Of a stretch of DNA of 64,000 nt, positions 10,353 to 20,322 are shown piece after piece. Numbering within the stretch: the first letter of the stretch is position 1; the number at the start of each line of letters is the position of its first letter. Made by a program: the position numbers and the translations under genes. The stretch covers positions 232,722 through 296,721 of the forward strand of contig CBFHTA010000001.1 in NCBI GenBank assembly GCA_965658655.1. The letters are read 5' to 3'. The notes under the pieces were generated by a model. The model was not told the origin of the DNA. It searched no databases and worked only from the letters and a program-made list of their open reading frames with translations. Source of the stretch: Candidatus Babelota bacterium (GTDB taxonomy: Bacteria > Babelota > Babeliae > Babelales > CAIQNR01).

Positions 10353-10916
10353 TTAAGTTTCTAATGTAATTTTTGCAATTCTTTTTGCAAAAAGTTTAGT
10401 AGTTTCCAGGTCTCCCGGAGCGGGGGTTTTATCTGGATCTGTATTATCTGATTGTGTTGCAAGGCCAAGACAAGAGCCTATGCGGTTAATTTCATTTGCA
10501 GATGCTCCATGCCCACTTTTAGTTTGAGTAGGTTTTATTCCTAAACTTATCCATAGCATAGCGTGCTGGCATGCGAGTGTTACAAGGTAAGAAAGTGTAT
10601 TGTATTTATCTCCCGATAATGAACCTGAGTTAGTAAAGCCGGCTGCTAATTTATTTTTCCATTCAAAATTCACCCATTTTTTAGAGGTAGCATCTGCAAA
10701 TCCTTTAAATTGTGCACTTGGCCCACCCATATAGGTTGGACAGCCAAAAATAAGTGTTGTGTAGTCTTCAAACTCATTAAGGTTTGCTATTGCTTCTTCT
10801 GTCGTAAATATTTTTGTTTCAACACCGGTTTCTTTTTGGAGTGTTTCAAAGAGCGTGTCAGCAATACGCTTAGTGTGTCCATAGCCACTATGGTAAATAA
10901 TACCTATCTTTTTCAT
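10353..10916 (-). CDS. Flavodoxin-like NAD(P)H-dependent FMN reductase, WrbA-like
   Basis: YHSGYGHT, FGCPTYMG, WKNKLAAGFTNSGS; ATG at 10916 after GGAG. Confidence 0.9.
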   Translation of the reverse strand: MKKIGIIYHSGYGHTKRIADTLFETLQKETGVETKIFTTEEAIANLNEFEDYTTLIFGCPTYMGGPSAQFKGFADATSKKWVNFEWKNKLAAGFTNSGSLSGDKYNTLSYLVTLACQHAMLWISLGIKPTQTKSGHGASANEINRIGSCLGLATQSDNTDPDKTPAPGDLETTKLFAKRIAKITLET

Positions 10917-10978
10917 TGTTCTTTCTCCTTTTTCTTTATTAGTATTGAGATACATTTAACTCTAGCAAAGGATAACAA

Positions 10979-11383
10979 ATGAACAATATTTCTTGGCTAA
11001 AACTGTATGGACTGGCACTGGTAATTTTAGCGATAATAGATATTCCTTGGATTCTTTTAGTAGCAAAAAACTTTTACGTAAGCCAGATTGGTCATCTTAT
11101 GACAAATACTCCACAGTATTGGCCGGCTTTTGTTTTTTACACTTTGTATGCCTTTGCGCTTGTCTATTTTGTAGTTGTTCCTAACGTTGAAGGCTCTCTT
11201 TGTTCTGTGTTTTTGCGCGGATGTTTTTTTGGACTTATTGTGTATGGAGCCTATGATTTAACTAATCAAGCGACGCTTAAAGAATGGCCCATTCTTATGA
11301 CCATTGTAGATATGCTTTGGGGTGCATTATTGAGTGGTACAGTAAGCACATTAACTTTATGGTTAGTGAGGGAGTTGTTATAG
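10979..11383 (+). CDS. DUF2177-like membrane protein
   Basis: YGAYDLTNQATLKEWP...VDMLWG. Confidence 0.85.
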   Translation: MNNISWLKLYGLALVILAIIDIPWILLVAKNFYVSQIGHLMTNTPQYWPAFVFYTLYAFALVYFVVVPNVEGSLCSVFLRGCFFGLIVYGAYDLTNQATLKEWPILMTIVDMLWGALLSGTVSTLTLWLVRELL

Positions 11384-11412
11384 TTACCATAGCAAATTAT
11401 GTATTCAGGTTT

Positions 11413-11874
11413 TTAACTTTGTTTAAGACCTAATTTTTTTGCAATTTTGCGTTCAAGGGCGCTCATTTTTTCATCATTGTCTTCATCGTAATGAGTGTAT
11501 CCTAGAAGATGGCAAATGCCGTGGACAAGTAAAATAGAGACACGTTCTTTGAGGCTAACATTGTAAAGCGGTAAAAGACCTTCAACAAAGTCGAGCGCAA
11601 TAATAATGTCTCCCACGTTTTTATCTTCTTCTTCGATTACCTTAATTTTTTGACCTGGTTTTAAGCCGTAATGGTAAGGGAAAGATAAAATATCTGTGGG
11701 TTTATCTTTGTCTCGAAAATCTCGATTATAGGTTCTGATAGTTGCAGACGTAGTTAACCAAATACCTAGGTCAAAATCTTTATAACCAAGTTCGTCTAAG
11801 ATTTTTTCTGCTGTTTGCTTTATGTGTGTGGTGCTTACTTTAATTTTTCTCTGGGTATTTTTGATCGTTATCAC
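11413..11874 (-). CDS. ybeY: rRNA maturation endoribonuclease YbeY
   Basis: KDKPTDILSF and HGICHLLGYTH. Confidence 0.95.
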   Translation of the reverse strand: MITIKNTQRKIKVSTTHIKQTAEKILDELGYKDFDLGIWLTTSATIRTYNRDFRDKDKPTDILSFPYHYGLKPGQKIKVIEEEDKNVGDIIIALDFVEGLLPLYNVSLKERVSILLVHGICHLLGYTHYDEDNDEKMSALERKIAKKLGLKQS

Positions 11875-14354
11875 GCTCTGTCCTCTGATTTAATATGGTC
11901 GAGATCGAGCATAGCAAACCATTTTTCGTGCTCTTGGTCAAGTGTTGATCTTTCTACTTCACCTGTTCCGTAGGTAATGATCTCGGCGTGCGTAATACCT
12001 TTTAACAATTGTTCATGAGGGACCAGGGTTTTAATCATGTCTTTATCAACGCTGTGCAGAGTCAAACTACTTAAAGGTGTCTTGAGGGAAAGTTCTTTTT
12101 CAGTTTTCATCTTACGAACTGCTGCAATGATATCCATTAACATGGCGGCAGTTTTAGAACTTTCTTCAAACTTAAACTTTTTTTGATGGGTGTTATATTC
12201 TGTTGTGTGGATAGAGTTTGTTTGTTCTTGGGTTTGGTAGAGAGATCCATACAAGGTTTCGGTAACATGTGGCAAATAAGGCGCAAACCATTGTAGAATT
12301 CTTAAACCAACATGGCGCAAAGTCCATCGTGTAGCTGTTACTGTTTCTTTTGGATACAGTTCAGGATTAAAGAGTTGATTCTTAATGATCTCTAAATAAT
12401 TATCGCAAAAATCTCGCCAGAAAAAATCTTCAGCAGTAGTCAGCGCTAAACTGAATTCATGTTTATGTAAATATTCGTTGTATTTTTTAAATGTTTCAGA
12501 AGCTCGGTGGAGCAGCCATTCATTTAAGATTCCCAATTCTTTTGGTTGTTCTGTGGGTGCTTGCTCTATATGTTCTTTAGTGAATCTAAAGGCATTCCAC
12601 AGTTTGGTAACAAGTTTAAATCCAATCTTAAGTTGAGGCTCAGAGAAAGCTACATCGTTACCCAAGGTTCCCGATGCTGTCCAGAAACGAATAACGTCTG
12701 CTGGGTATTGCTTTAAAAGATTTTCAGGATCGGTTGGATTGTTGCCTTTGGACTTAGAAATTTTATCTTTAGCAGAGCTGAGTACGTGTCCTGAGATTAC
12801 AATTTCTTTCCACGGTAGTTTTTTGTTGTGCATCCAGGCTTTAATAATAGTATAGAATGCCCAGGTTCTAATGATGTCGTGCGCTTGTGGTCGCATACTC
12901 ATAGGTAAATTATTAGTCTCAAAAACCCCTTCTTCATTTTCAGAAGCTAATGTAGCGCAAATGTAAGGAGATAACGAAGAAGTGTTCCACGTATCCATAA
13001 CATCGGTATCTGGAGCAATATCCGTGCTTGAACATTGTGGGCACGCCCCACCCGGGTAAGGTGTTTCTTGTGGATCGATTGGTAAATCTTTTTCATCGGC
13101 AAATAAGAGTTGTTTACATGCATTGCAATGCCACGCAGGAAAGGGAATACCATAAAAGCGTTGTCGACTTAAACACCAATCCCATTGTAGATTTTCTACC
13201 CAATCTTTATAGCGCGATTGCATGAACGATGGATACCAATCAATTTTATCGGCTTGCTTTAAGAACTCTTTTTTATGATCAAGAATATTTAAAAACCATT
13301 GTTCTATAACAATATATTCTATTTCTTTTTTACACCGTTCGTGCACATTAACATTATGCTTAATTGGCTTTTTAGCTTTTAAAAGTCCAGCTGCTTCAAG
13401 CTCTTCAAGTATTTTTATGCGAGCATTGTGAGCACGTAGTCCAGCAAGAGGACCGGTGCTTGCATCCCATTTTCCATCTCTACCAATAGAAGCTTTATAG
13501 TTAAGCTTATGAGTTTTGTACCAATAGATATCATTTTTGTCGCCGAAGGTGCAGCACATTACAAGTCCAGTGCCTTTGTCCATAGTAACGGTATCATCAG
13601 CTAATACAGGTACTTTATAGTTAAAGACCGGAACGGTTGCTTCTGTGCCTGTAAGGTGTTGGTAGCGTTTATCGTCTGGATGATAAAAAAGTGCAACGCA
13701 AGATGATAAAAGCTCTGGACGAGTAGTTGCAACAATAAGTTCTTTATTTTCTTTGTCTTTAAAAACAATATCGCAAAAGTTTGATGGTTTTTCTACGTCG
13801 TCAAGTTCGGCTTGTGCAACGGTAGTAAAACAGCTTGTACAGTAAAGTGCGGGATCTTCTTTTCGGTAGATAAAGTTTTTTTTATGTAGGTCTAAGAACG
13901 ATTGCTGAGAAATTTTTCTAACCAGTGGAGAGATAGTAGAGTAGGTTTTTTTCCAGTTGGCAGATATCCCTAAACGTTGCCAGAGTCCAGCAAACTCTTT
14001 TTCGGCGACTTCAGATTCTTTCATACAAAGATTAATAAAGTCTGATCGACCCATACCAAAACCGGTTACTTTGTGTTTCTTTTCTACAAACTTTTCAGTA
14101 GGCAAGCCATTGTTATCAAAGCCAAAAGGATAAAAGACGTCAAAGCCAGACATCCGTTTAAAACGAGCAATAATGTCTGTATGTGTATAAGAAAAAACGT
14201 GACCAATATGCAAAGTTCCCGAGACAGTCGGAGGAGGAGTGTCAATGGTGAATTGTTCTTTTGTTGAATCGGGTGAAGATGTATAAGTGTCTTCTTGTGC
14301 CCACTTTTGCTGGGCTTGAGTATCACCGGTAAGGTGATCGTATTTTTTATCCAT
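11871..14354 (-). CDS. valS: Valine--tRNA ligase, type 2 (archaeal/Rickettsia-like)
   Basis: DTPPPTVSG, HIGH, DWCLSRQRFYG, RPQAHDIIRTW, KISKS. Confidence 0.95.
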   Translation of the reverse strand: MDKKYDHLTGDTQAQQKWAQEDTYTSSPDSTKEQFTIDTPPPTVSGTLHIGHVFSYTHTDIIARFKRMSGFDVFYPFGFDNNGLPTEKFVEKKHKVTGFGMGRSDFINLCMKESEVAEKEFAGLWQRLGISANWKKTYSTISPLVRKISQQSFLDLHKKNFIYRKEDPALYCTSCFTTVAQAELDDVEKPSNFCDIVFKDKENKELIVATTRPELLSSCVALFYHPDDKRYQHLTGTEATVPVFNYKVPVLADDTVTMDKGTGLVMCCTFGDKNDIYWYKTHKLNYKASIGRDGKWDASTGPLAGLRAHNARIKILEELEAAGLLKAKKPIKHNVNVHERCKKEIEYIVIEQWFLNILDHKKEFLKQADKIDWYPSFMQSRYKDWVENLQWDWCLSRQRFYGIPFPAWHCNACKQLLFADEKDLPIDPQETPYPGGACPQCSSTDIAPDTDVMDTWNTSSLSPYICATLASENEEGVFETNNLPMSMRPQAHDIIRTWAFYTIIKAWMHNKKLPWKEIVISGHVLSSAKDKISKSKGNNPTDPENLLKQYPADVIRFWTASGTLGNDVAFSEPQLKIGFKLVTKLWNAFRFTKEHIEQAPTEQPKELGILNEWLLHRASETFKKYNEYLHKHEFSLALTTAEDFFWRDFCDNYLEIIKNQLFNPELYPKETVTATRWTLRHVGLRILQWFAPYLPHVTETLYGSLYQTQEQTNSIHTTEYNTHQKKFKFEESSKTAAMLMDIIAAVRKMKTEKELSLKTPLSSLTLHSVDKDMIKTLVPHEQLLKGITHAEIITYGTGEVERSTLDQEHEKWFAMLDLDHIKSEDRA

Positions 14355-14431
14355 AGGCCTAACACAAGGTAAAATCGTTCTCTACTAGTATGTTTGCTAG
14401 TATACCGATCAACCTTGTGGGGGTCAAAAAT

Positions 14432-16585
14432 CTAAGCTTGAATTGGTCCAGATACCGATTTAATGCCGGTCACTTCTGCGATTCGTTGCCTAATGTGAGG
14501 GAAGTTTTTTTGCAGGGGGGAAGCTTTTTTAAAGCATTTTATGGCTTGATTTTTATCTCCAAGATCCATATAAGTTTCTGCTAAATTGTACCAGGAACGA
14601 TATTCTTGAGGGTTATTTTCAACCAAAGACAGGTAAACTTGCTTAGCCTGGACATGGTTTTTGTTGCAGTAATAAGCGTTTGCTAAATTAAATTTAAGAT
14701 CGTTGCTCGCAGGGTTTATGCTGCACGCATTGCTGTATGCTAGAATTGCATCATCGAATTTTTGCAGTTCGAGGCTTAAATTTCCATATATTTCAAATGC
14801 TTCTAAAGTATCGTAATCTGCTACTAGGCATGAATGTTTTATTCTTTTAAAGGCCTCTTCTTTATTGCCCAATTCGTAGAGAGCTCGGCCCCAATTAAAG
14901 TATGCTTTGCCGTAATGGCTACGTAGCCTTATCGCCTTTTGAGCCATTTCACAAACTTTATTATATTCTTTTTTAGCAAGTAAAAACGATGCAAGATTAT
15001 TATAGAATTCGGGGTAGGTTGGATTTATTTTAATGGCTTCATACAATTGATTGATAGCCAGATCATTTTTACGAAGCGCATTGTAGCAAACGGCAATATT
15101 GTTCCATGGGTCGGGATAATGGTTATCCATTTTAATTGCTTTGCGTAGGTAAGGAATAGCTTCTTTAAATTGTTTTTTTTCAGCTAAACTCACCGCGTAA
15201 TTATTGTAGGCACGTGCTTTGAGTGGTGCATTTTGAATAATGTTGAACCAAAATTCTTGCGGAGAGCGCCAAACTTTATTTCGTTCATACGTTCCCCATC
15301 CTAAACAGAGGGCGCAAAGAGCAGTAGCTAGGTAAGGAGACTTTACGCTTTCGGGAAGATTTAAATCTTTTATTTGTGCAGTGATCCATTCAAAGGAATA
15401 GATCATGCTCATGGTAAGAAGTAAAAGCCAGCCGTATGAGCTAAAATATGTTTTGTAATCTGCAACAAGTTCAGTTGAGGGAATAATAGAAGAGCGTGGA
15501 GCAATGCCTACAAAGAACCAAAGTGCTCCAAATGCAATGGGGCTCGTTTTGTTTTTATAGAGGAGCGCTGCAATTCCAGCACTAATAAGTATTAAAAAGA
15601 GTAATGGTGCAATAACTTCAGGGGTAAAAAAGTCATGAGCCATTTTCCAATCGTAATCTACGCTAATAGAGAATGGCCAAAGGAAAATCCAAAGATAGTG
15701 TAAGATAACTTTAAATTGAGATATGCAATAACCCCAACGAGTTATTTCTTGTCCAGCGTGTTGAGTAATAACATTTCCAATGTTAGAAGTAACTTTCTTA
15801 TCAACATAAAGCATTTCTTTTTTTATCCAGTTCTTTGAGCTTCCCTGCATAATTTGAAAGCCAAAATAATAATAGATAGTGCCTATGTATCCGGCGTAGA
15901 ATAATGCTCTTTTGCGTAGATCTTTCCAGTTTCCTTGGGCGACAAAAAACCAATCAAAAAGCAGCAGCATCAAAGGGGAGACAACAATAATCTCTTTGGT
16001 TCCGCATCCTACAAAGAGAATCGCATAGATACAGAGTGCACCAATCACTTTAAGAGCAGTGTTCTTGATAGTTGTCCAATGCAAGAATAACAGTGCTAAG
16101 AGCATGGTAAACATGCCTGCGAGCCCTTCTAGTTGGCCTTGAATTACATATGAAACTGTTTGTGTTTGTACTGGATGTACTAAGAATAAAAGAGTTGTTA
16201 TAAAAGATATTGGCAGCGCTCGCTTGCCAAAGTACGACTCTTTTTTTAGCCGAGAAAATGCTTTATAAGTTACTAAAAAAATTAAAATACCCGTAGTAAT
16301 ATGAAACGAAAGATTAAAAAATCGGTAAATAAAGGGATTGTGTTTACCTAATTTATAGTTAACGGTGTTTAACCAATAGCTTATCCAGCGAGAACTTTTA
16401 AATGACCACATTGAGAAAGTGTGAGTGCGGGCGGCAAAGAATTTTTTTATGTTGGCCACGTCATCAAATTGAAAATCATAAAACAGAGATGGGTAGTAAA
16501 CTAGTGCGGTAAAGCTGGCTAGTAGTGCTGGGGCTAACCCGTAAATCATCCAGTTTATTGATTGATTATTAGAAGATTGCTTCAT
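14432..16585 (-). CDS. TMTC-like multi-TM glycosyltransferase-type protein with C-terminal TPRs
   Basis: FDD after TM1, HPVQTQTVSYV, TKE, RNKVW, then several TPR repeats. Confidence 0.8.
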   Translation of the reverse strand: MKQSSNNQSINWMIYGLAPALLASFTALVYYPSLFYDFQFDDVANIKKFFAARTHTFSMWSFKSSRWISYWLNTVNYKLGKHNPFIYRFFNLSFHITTGILIFLVTYKAFSRLKKESYFGKRALPISFITTLLFLVHPVQTQTVSYVIQGQLEGLAGMFTMLLALLFLHWTTIKNTALKVIGALCIYAILFVGCGTKEIIVVSPLMLLLFDWFFVAQGNWKDLRKRALFYAGYIGTIYYYFGFQIMQGSSKNWIKKEMLYVDKKVTSNIGNVITQHAGQEITRWGYCISQFKVILHYLWIFLWPFSISVDYDWKMAHDFFTPEVIAPLLFLILISAGIAALLYKNKTSPIAFGALWFFVGIAPRSSIIPSTELVADYKTYFSSYGWLLLLTMSMIYSFEWITAQIKDLNLPESVKSPYLATALCALCLGWGTYERNKVWRSPQEFWFNIIQNAPLKARAYNNYAVSLAEKKQFKEAIPYLRKAIKMDNHYPDPWNNIAVCYNALRKNDLAINQLYEAIKINPTYPEFYNNLASFLLAKKEYNKVCEMAQKAIRLRSHYGKAYFNWGRALYELGNKEEAFKRIKHSCLVADYDTLEAFEIYGNLSLELQKFDDAILAYSNACSINPASNDLKFNLANAYYCNKNHVQAKQVYLSLVENNPQEYRSWYNLAETYMDLGDKNQAIKCFKKASPLQKNFPHIRQRIAEVTGIKSVSGPIQA

Positions 16586-16731
16586 TTTTCCTCCTTAATT
16601 TCCTTTTTAATTATCTCCGAAAAAGAAGTCTAACTTGCTCTCATGTTTTGTCTATGTGTTTGACCCTTGGGGTAAAGTTTCTTAAACTACTAGTCTTTGG
16701 GGGAACATCTCTTAGCAAAAGGGTTTATGCG

Positions 16732-17442
16732 GTGAATATAACAATGCAAAATGCTGAAATGTTGATAGGTAAAATTGTTTTTCTAGTTTCTTATTTTATG
16801 ACCGTTCCTATTATTGGTTACTGTAGAGCGTGGGCAGCAGAAAAAGTGGGAGATGATACTCCTGCTCAGTTTGGTTTCTTAACGTTGAATCCAGCAGCAC
16901 ACATAAGTTGGTTATGGGTTGCATTAATGACTTGTATTCCAAGTTTTAATTTTGGTTTTGGAAGATACATCCCTATTAATCCACATAACATTCATGGAAG
17001 AAATAGAGGATGGAAACTTGCGGTTGCTTATCTTTCTGATGCTTTTGCAAGTATTGTGTTAGCTACACTAGCGTTATTTTTATTAGTTGCGTTGTACGGG
17101 CAAGGTGAATTCTTTAGAAGCTTTGCTGTGCTTGAAGGGCATTTGCCTTTTCGGTCTTACGATACACCTGGATCTCATAATATAGCAGTAGCGCTTATAT
17201 TAAGTGGGTTTATTATATTTAATAACTTACTGGCTGCGTTTAATATTATTGTTAATTTGTTCTATCTGGGCTTCTTTTATTATGTTGATAATAACACGCA
17301 ACTTGCAGAACATATTGAGTGGATTATGTTAGTTGGCCCACTTGTTTTAATTGTTGTTTGTTTTCCAATTGTGCAGCCTGCTATTTTAAATCTTATTGCT
17401 GGTCTTGGTAGTCTTTTCGCGCTGCTTATGGGTATTAATTAA
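16732..17442 (+). CDS. Site-2 protease (M50)-like membrane protein lacking HExxH
   Basis: GDDTPAQFGFLTLNPAAH and FGRYIPINP; start uncertain (ORF from 16648). Confidence 0.75.
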   Translation: MNITMQNAEMLIGKIVFLVSYFMTVPIIGYCRAWAAEKVGDDTPAQFGFLTLNPAAHISWLWVALMTCIPSFNFGFGRYIPINPHNIHGRNRGWKLAVAYLSDAFASIVLATLALFLLVALYGQGEFFRSFAVLEGHLPFRSYDTPGSHNIAVALILSGFIIFNNLLAAFNIIVNLFYLGFFYYVDNNTQLAEHIEWIMLVGPLVLIVVCFPIVQPAILNLIAGLGSLFALLMGIN

Positions 17443-17466
17443 TGTTAGGTATGGGGAAATAAAATT

Positions 17467-18651
17467 ATGAGTACTTTTGATACATTAACTCGTTCAGCAG
17501 TGTCTGTGCTTCCTAAAGGTGAGCTTGAAAAAAAGTTAGAAAAAAAGAAAACTTTACATATTAAATTGGGTATGGATCCAACAGCTCCCGATTTGCATTT
17601 AGGTCATGCAGTAGTGTTACGCAAGATGAAAGATTTTCAAGATGCGGGGCATAAGATTACTTTTTTAATAGGTGACTTTACTGCACGTATTGGAGATCCA
17701 TCTGGAAAATCTAAAACGCGTCCACCATTAACTCCAGAAGAAATTCAAAAAAATACAAAGACCTATTTTGAGCAAGTAAGCCGTGTGCTCGATAAAGATA
17801 AAATTGAAGTGCGCTATAATTCTGAGTGGCTTTCTAAATTATCTTTTGAAGACATTGTTAAACTTCTGGCAAAAACAACCGTTGCTCGCATTATAGAACG
17901 AGAAGATTTTGCTACACGTCTTAAAGAAAACACACCGGTAGGCATGCACGAGTTGTTGTATCCTATTATGCAGGGGTACGATTCTGTTGCGCTTGATGCC
18001 GACGTTGAACTTGGTGGGACGGACCAAACATTTAATTTGTTGATGGGTCGTTTCTTGCAAGAGCAGCACGACAAAGAACCACAAGTTGTTTTGACTATGC
18101 CGTTACTTGAAGGTTTAGATGGTACTGAAAAAATGTCTAAGTCTCTTGGTAATTATATTGGTTTGGCTGAACCAGCAGACAAAGCATTTGGTAAACTCAT
18201 GTCTATTTCAGATAAACTTATGTGGCGCTATTTTGAGGTGTTGGTACAAATACCAGAAACAGATTTGCGAACATTGCAAAAAGAAGTAGCTGATGCTAAA
18301 AAACATCCTATGGATGTGAAAAAGCAGATGGCTCATGCTATTGTAACTGAGTTCTGGCCAGCGATTGATGCAAATAGAGCACAAACACAATTTGAAGATG
18401 TGTTTCAAAAGGGCGATCATTCTAAAGCTCAATCAGTTGAACTTGCAGTAGACACTAAGAATCCAATCTGGATTGTAGAATTGCTTAAAGCGCTCGGTGC
18501 ACTTAAGAGTTCTTCAGAAGCAAAACGCTTAATTGAAGGTGGCTCTGTGTCTATTGATGGTGAACAGGTTAAAGATTTTAAAGCAGAGATCTCTTGGAGT
18601 TCTGGTATGACTATTAAAGTGGGCAAGCATAGAATTTATACCTTAAGTTAA
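17467..18651 (+). CDS. tyrS: Tyrosine--tRNA ligase
   Basis: DPTAPDLHLGH, KMSKS, C-terminal S4 domain. Confidence 0.97.
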   Translation: MSTFDTLTRSAVSVLPKGELEKKLEKKKTLHIKLGMDPTAPDLHLGHAVVLRKMKDFQDAGHKITFLIGDFTARIGDPSGKSKTRPPLTPEEIQKNTKTYFEQVSRVLDKDKIEVRYNSEWLSKLSFEDIVKLLAKTTVARIIEREDFATRLKENTPVGMHELLYPIMQGYDSVALDADVELGGTDQTFNLLMGRFLQEQHDKEPQVVLTMPLLEGLDGTEKMSKSLGNYIGLAEPADKAFGKLMSISDKLMWRYFEVLVQIPETDLRTLQKEVADAKKHPMDVKKQMAHAIVTEFWPAIDANRAQTQFEDVFQKGDHSKAQSVELAVDTKNPIWIVELLKALGALKSSSEAKRLIEGGSVSIDGEQVKDFKAEISWSSGMTIKVGKHRIYTLS

Positions 18652-19685
18652 TCGTTTGTTGTGTTTTCTATAGCTTCTTTGATTTCACTTTCTATTCGTT
18701 TTTGAGTCGCGGCATCAATTGGCTTTGCATGGAAAGGAAAAAGGTTTAATCCTTTTCCTAGGTAGGGATCCGAGGTCACCCAATTTTTAGGGTTGCTGCT
18801 TTCTATTGTATCAATGATTTCCCATCCTTCTGTTTGTAATAAGTTTTTAAGAAACATAATATGGGCTAATCCTGCGTGTATAAGGAAAATAGAATGTGGT
18901 TGGAATTCTTTAGAGGCAAGCTCTTCCATAAGTCCAAGATCCATTGCAGCTGCCTTAATTTTTACAGGAACTAATTCTTTTTCTTCAGATTTGTCATCTC
19001 TATTTTCATATTTATTTATCAATAACTGTGATTTTTCATAAGAGTCTTCATAGTGAGGACTGCTTTCTAAAATTGAGTTAATTATGCTTTGATAAATTGC
19101 TATGCATCTTTCTAAAGTTAATTCCTCATTTTCATTTATTTCTCGTATATCATAATTCCTTATTTTAAAATTATGATTATTTTGAAAGCTAAAACTAGCC
19201 AGTGTTGGTCCATGTAGGTAGGCACTATGTGAATATAAAGTCTGCATAATAAGAGGGATTTTATTTATATTGCTTCTTTCTTCTTGTGAAGCATTAAGAT
19301 GTGGTTCAGTTATTTCAGGGGTTATAAGTTTTTCAAGATTAGTTTCAGGGGTGTAAAGCAAAGGATTTAATGATACTCCTTGCCAGAAATTAGATAGTTT
19401 TTCTTGCCATGATAGATTCTTAGAAAGTAGTTTTTCTATTCCATAAGCACCTTCATGATAGACAACAACTGTGTTTGGTTTTTCTTCTTCTATTTTGTTT
19501 AATTTGCTTATGAGTTCTTTGAAGAAAGGTTCTTGTTCAGTAAGGGTAAAGGTTTTGTTTTCATGTATATCACCTATTAAAATGGCTCGTTTATCACCTC
19601 GTTCAAGAGTAACAATAAGATTTGCGTACCCAAACAGGCCCGAGAAACTTAAGCTTAAAAAAACTGATATTAAAATTTTCTTCAT
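18648..19685 (-). CDS. Secreted protein, possible TraB/TIKI/EreA-like fold
   Basis: Signal peptide; LIGDIH, VYHEG, HAGLAH; GGAGG SD. Confidence 0.7.
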   Translation of the reverse strand: MKKILISVFLSLSFSGLFGYANLIVTLERGDKRAILIGDIHENKTFTLTEQEPFFKELISKLNKIEEEKPNTVVVYHEGAYGIEKLLSKNLSWQEKLSNFWQGVSLNPLLYTPETNLEKLITPEITEPHLNASQEERSNINKIPLIMQTLYSHSAYLHGPTLASFSFQNNHNFKIRNYDIREINENEELTLERCIAIYQSIINSILESSPHYEDSYEKSQLLINKYENRDDKSEEKELVPVKIKAAAMDLGLMEELASKEFQPHSIFLIHAGLAHIMFLKNLLQTEGWEIIDTIESSNPKNWVTSDPYLGKGLNLFPFHAKPIDAATQKRIESEIKEAIENTTND

Positions 19686-19705
19686 GATCAACCTCCATAA
19701 TCCAT

Positions 19706-19747
19706 TTAGGATTTAAATATACCAAATTAGGATTTAAATATACCAAA
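19706..19747. repeat. Perfect 21-bp tandem duplication TTAGGATTTAAATATACCAAA x2
   Basis: Directly visible in a divergent intergenic region. Confidence 0.95.
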
Positions 19748-19878
19748 AGAGAGCTTTTAAAAGCAAGAGTTTAAGCGGTTTGAGCTTATTTACAGAGGTC
19801 AGGCTTGAGGCTGTTGCTGTGGGATGCTGGTATGTTATCCTAAAGAGTGTATCTTGGGTTTTTACAGAGAGGGTTATT

Positions 19879-20322
19879 ATGATAACTACGCTTATTAAAT
19901 TGATGTATTTTGATAAAGAAGGTGAAGGTAACACGTATTATCCGTTCCAATATTCATGTGGATATACGCTTACTAAGAAGAAAGAGACAAATATTATTAG
20001 AGCTATCATGGCGCAATGGGCAGGTATAGCTTTAATGGGTCTTGCAAAAACTTCTCTTTTTGAATACTTTTCTAAAGCAAAATCAGCGGTAAAACTTGTA
20101 ACAAAAGTGAACGGTGTATTGGGTGGGTATAGTCAAGGAGCTTTAGTTCTTGGCGCAATTCTTTTTATAGGAAGTTTGATTGCTATTTATAACATTACGC
20201 AAAAAGCCCCTATTGTAGAACACCGCTTGCCATATACTATCGATCAAGCGTTAGCTATTACAGTGTACTGGATAGGATTAATTTGTTGCTTGGCTCCGAT
20301 TGCTCTTTTATTTATTCGTTAA
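19879..20322 (+). CDS. Hypothetical membrane protein
   Basis: Three hydrophobic segments; start uncertain (ORF from 19780). Confidence 0.65.
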   Translation: MITTLIKLMYFDKEGEGNTYYPFQYSCGYTLTKKKETNIIRAIMAQWAGIALMGLAKTSLFEYFSKAKSAVKLVTKVNGVLGGYSQGALVLGAILFIGSLIAIYNITQKAPIVEHRLPYTIDQALAITVYWIGLICCLAPIALLFIR

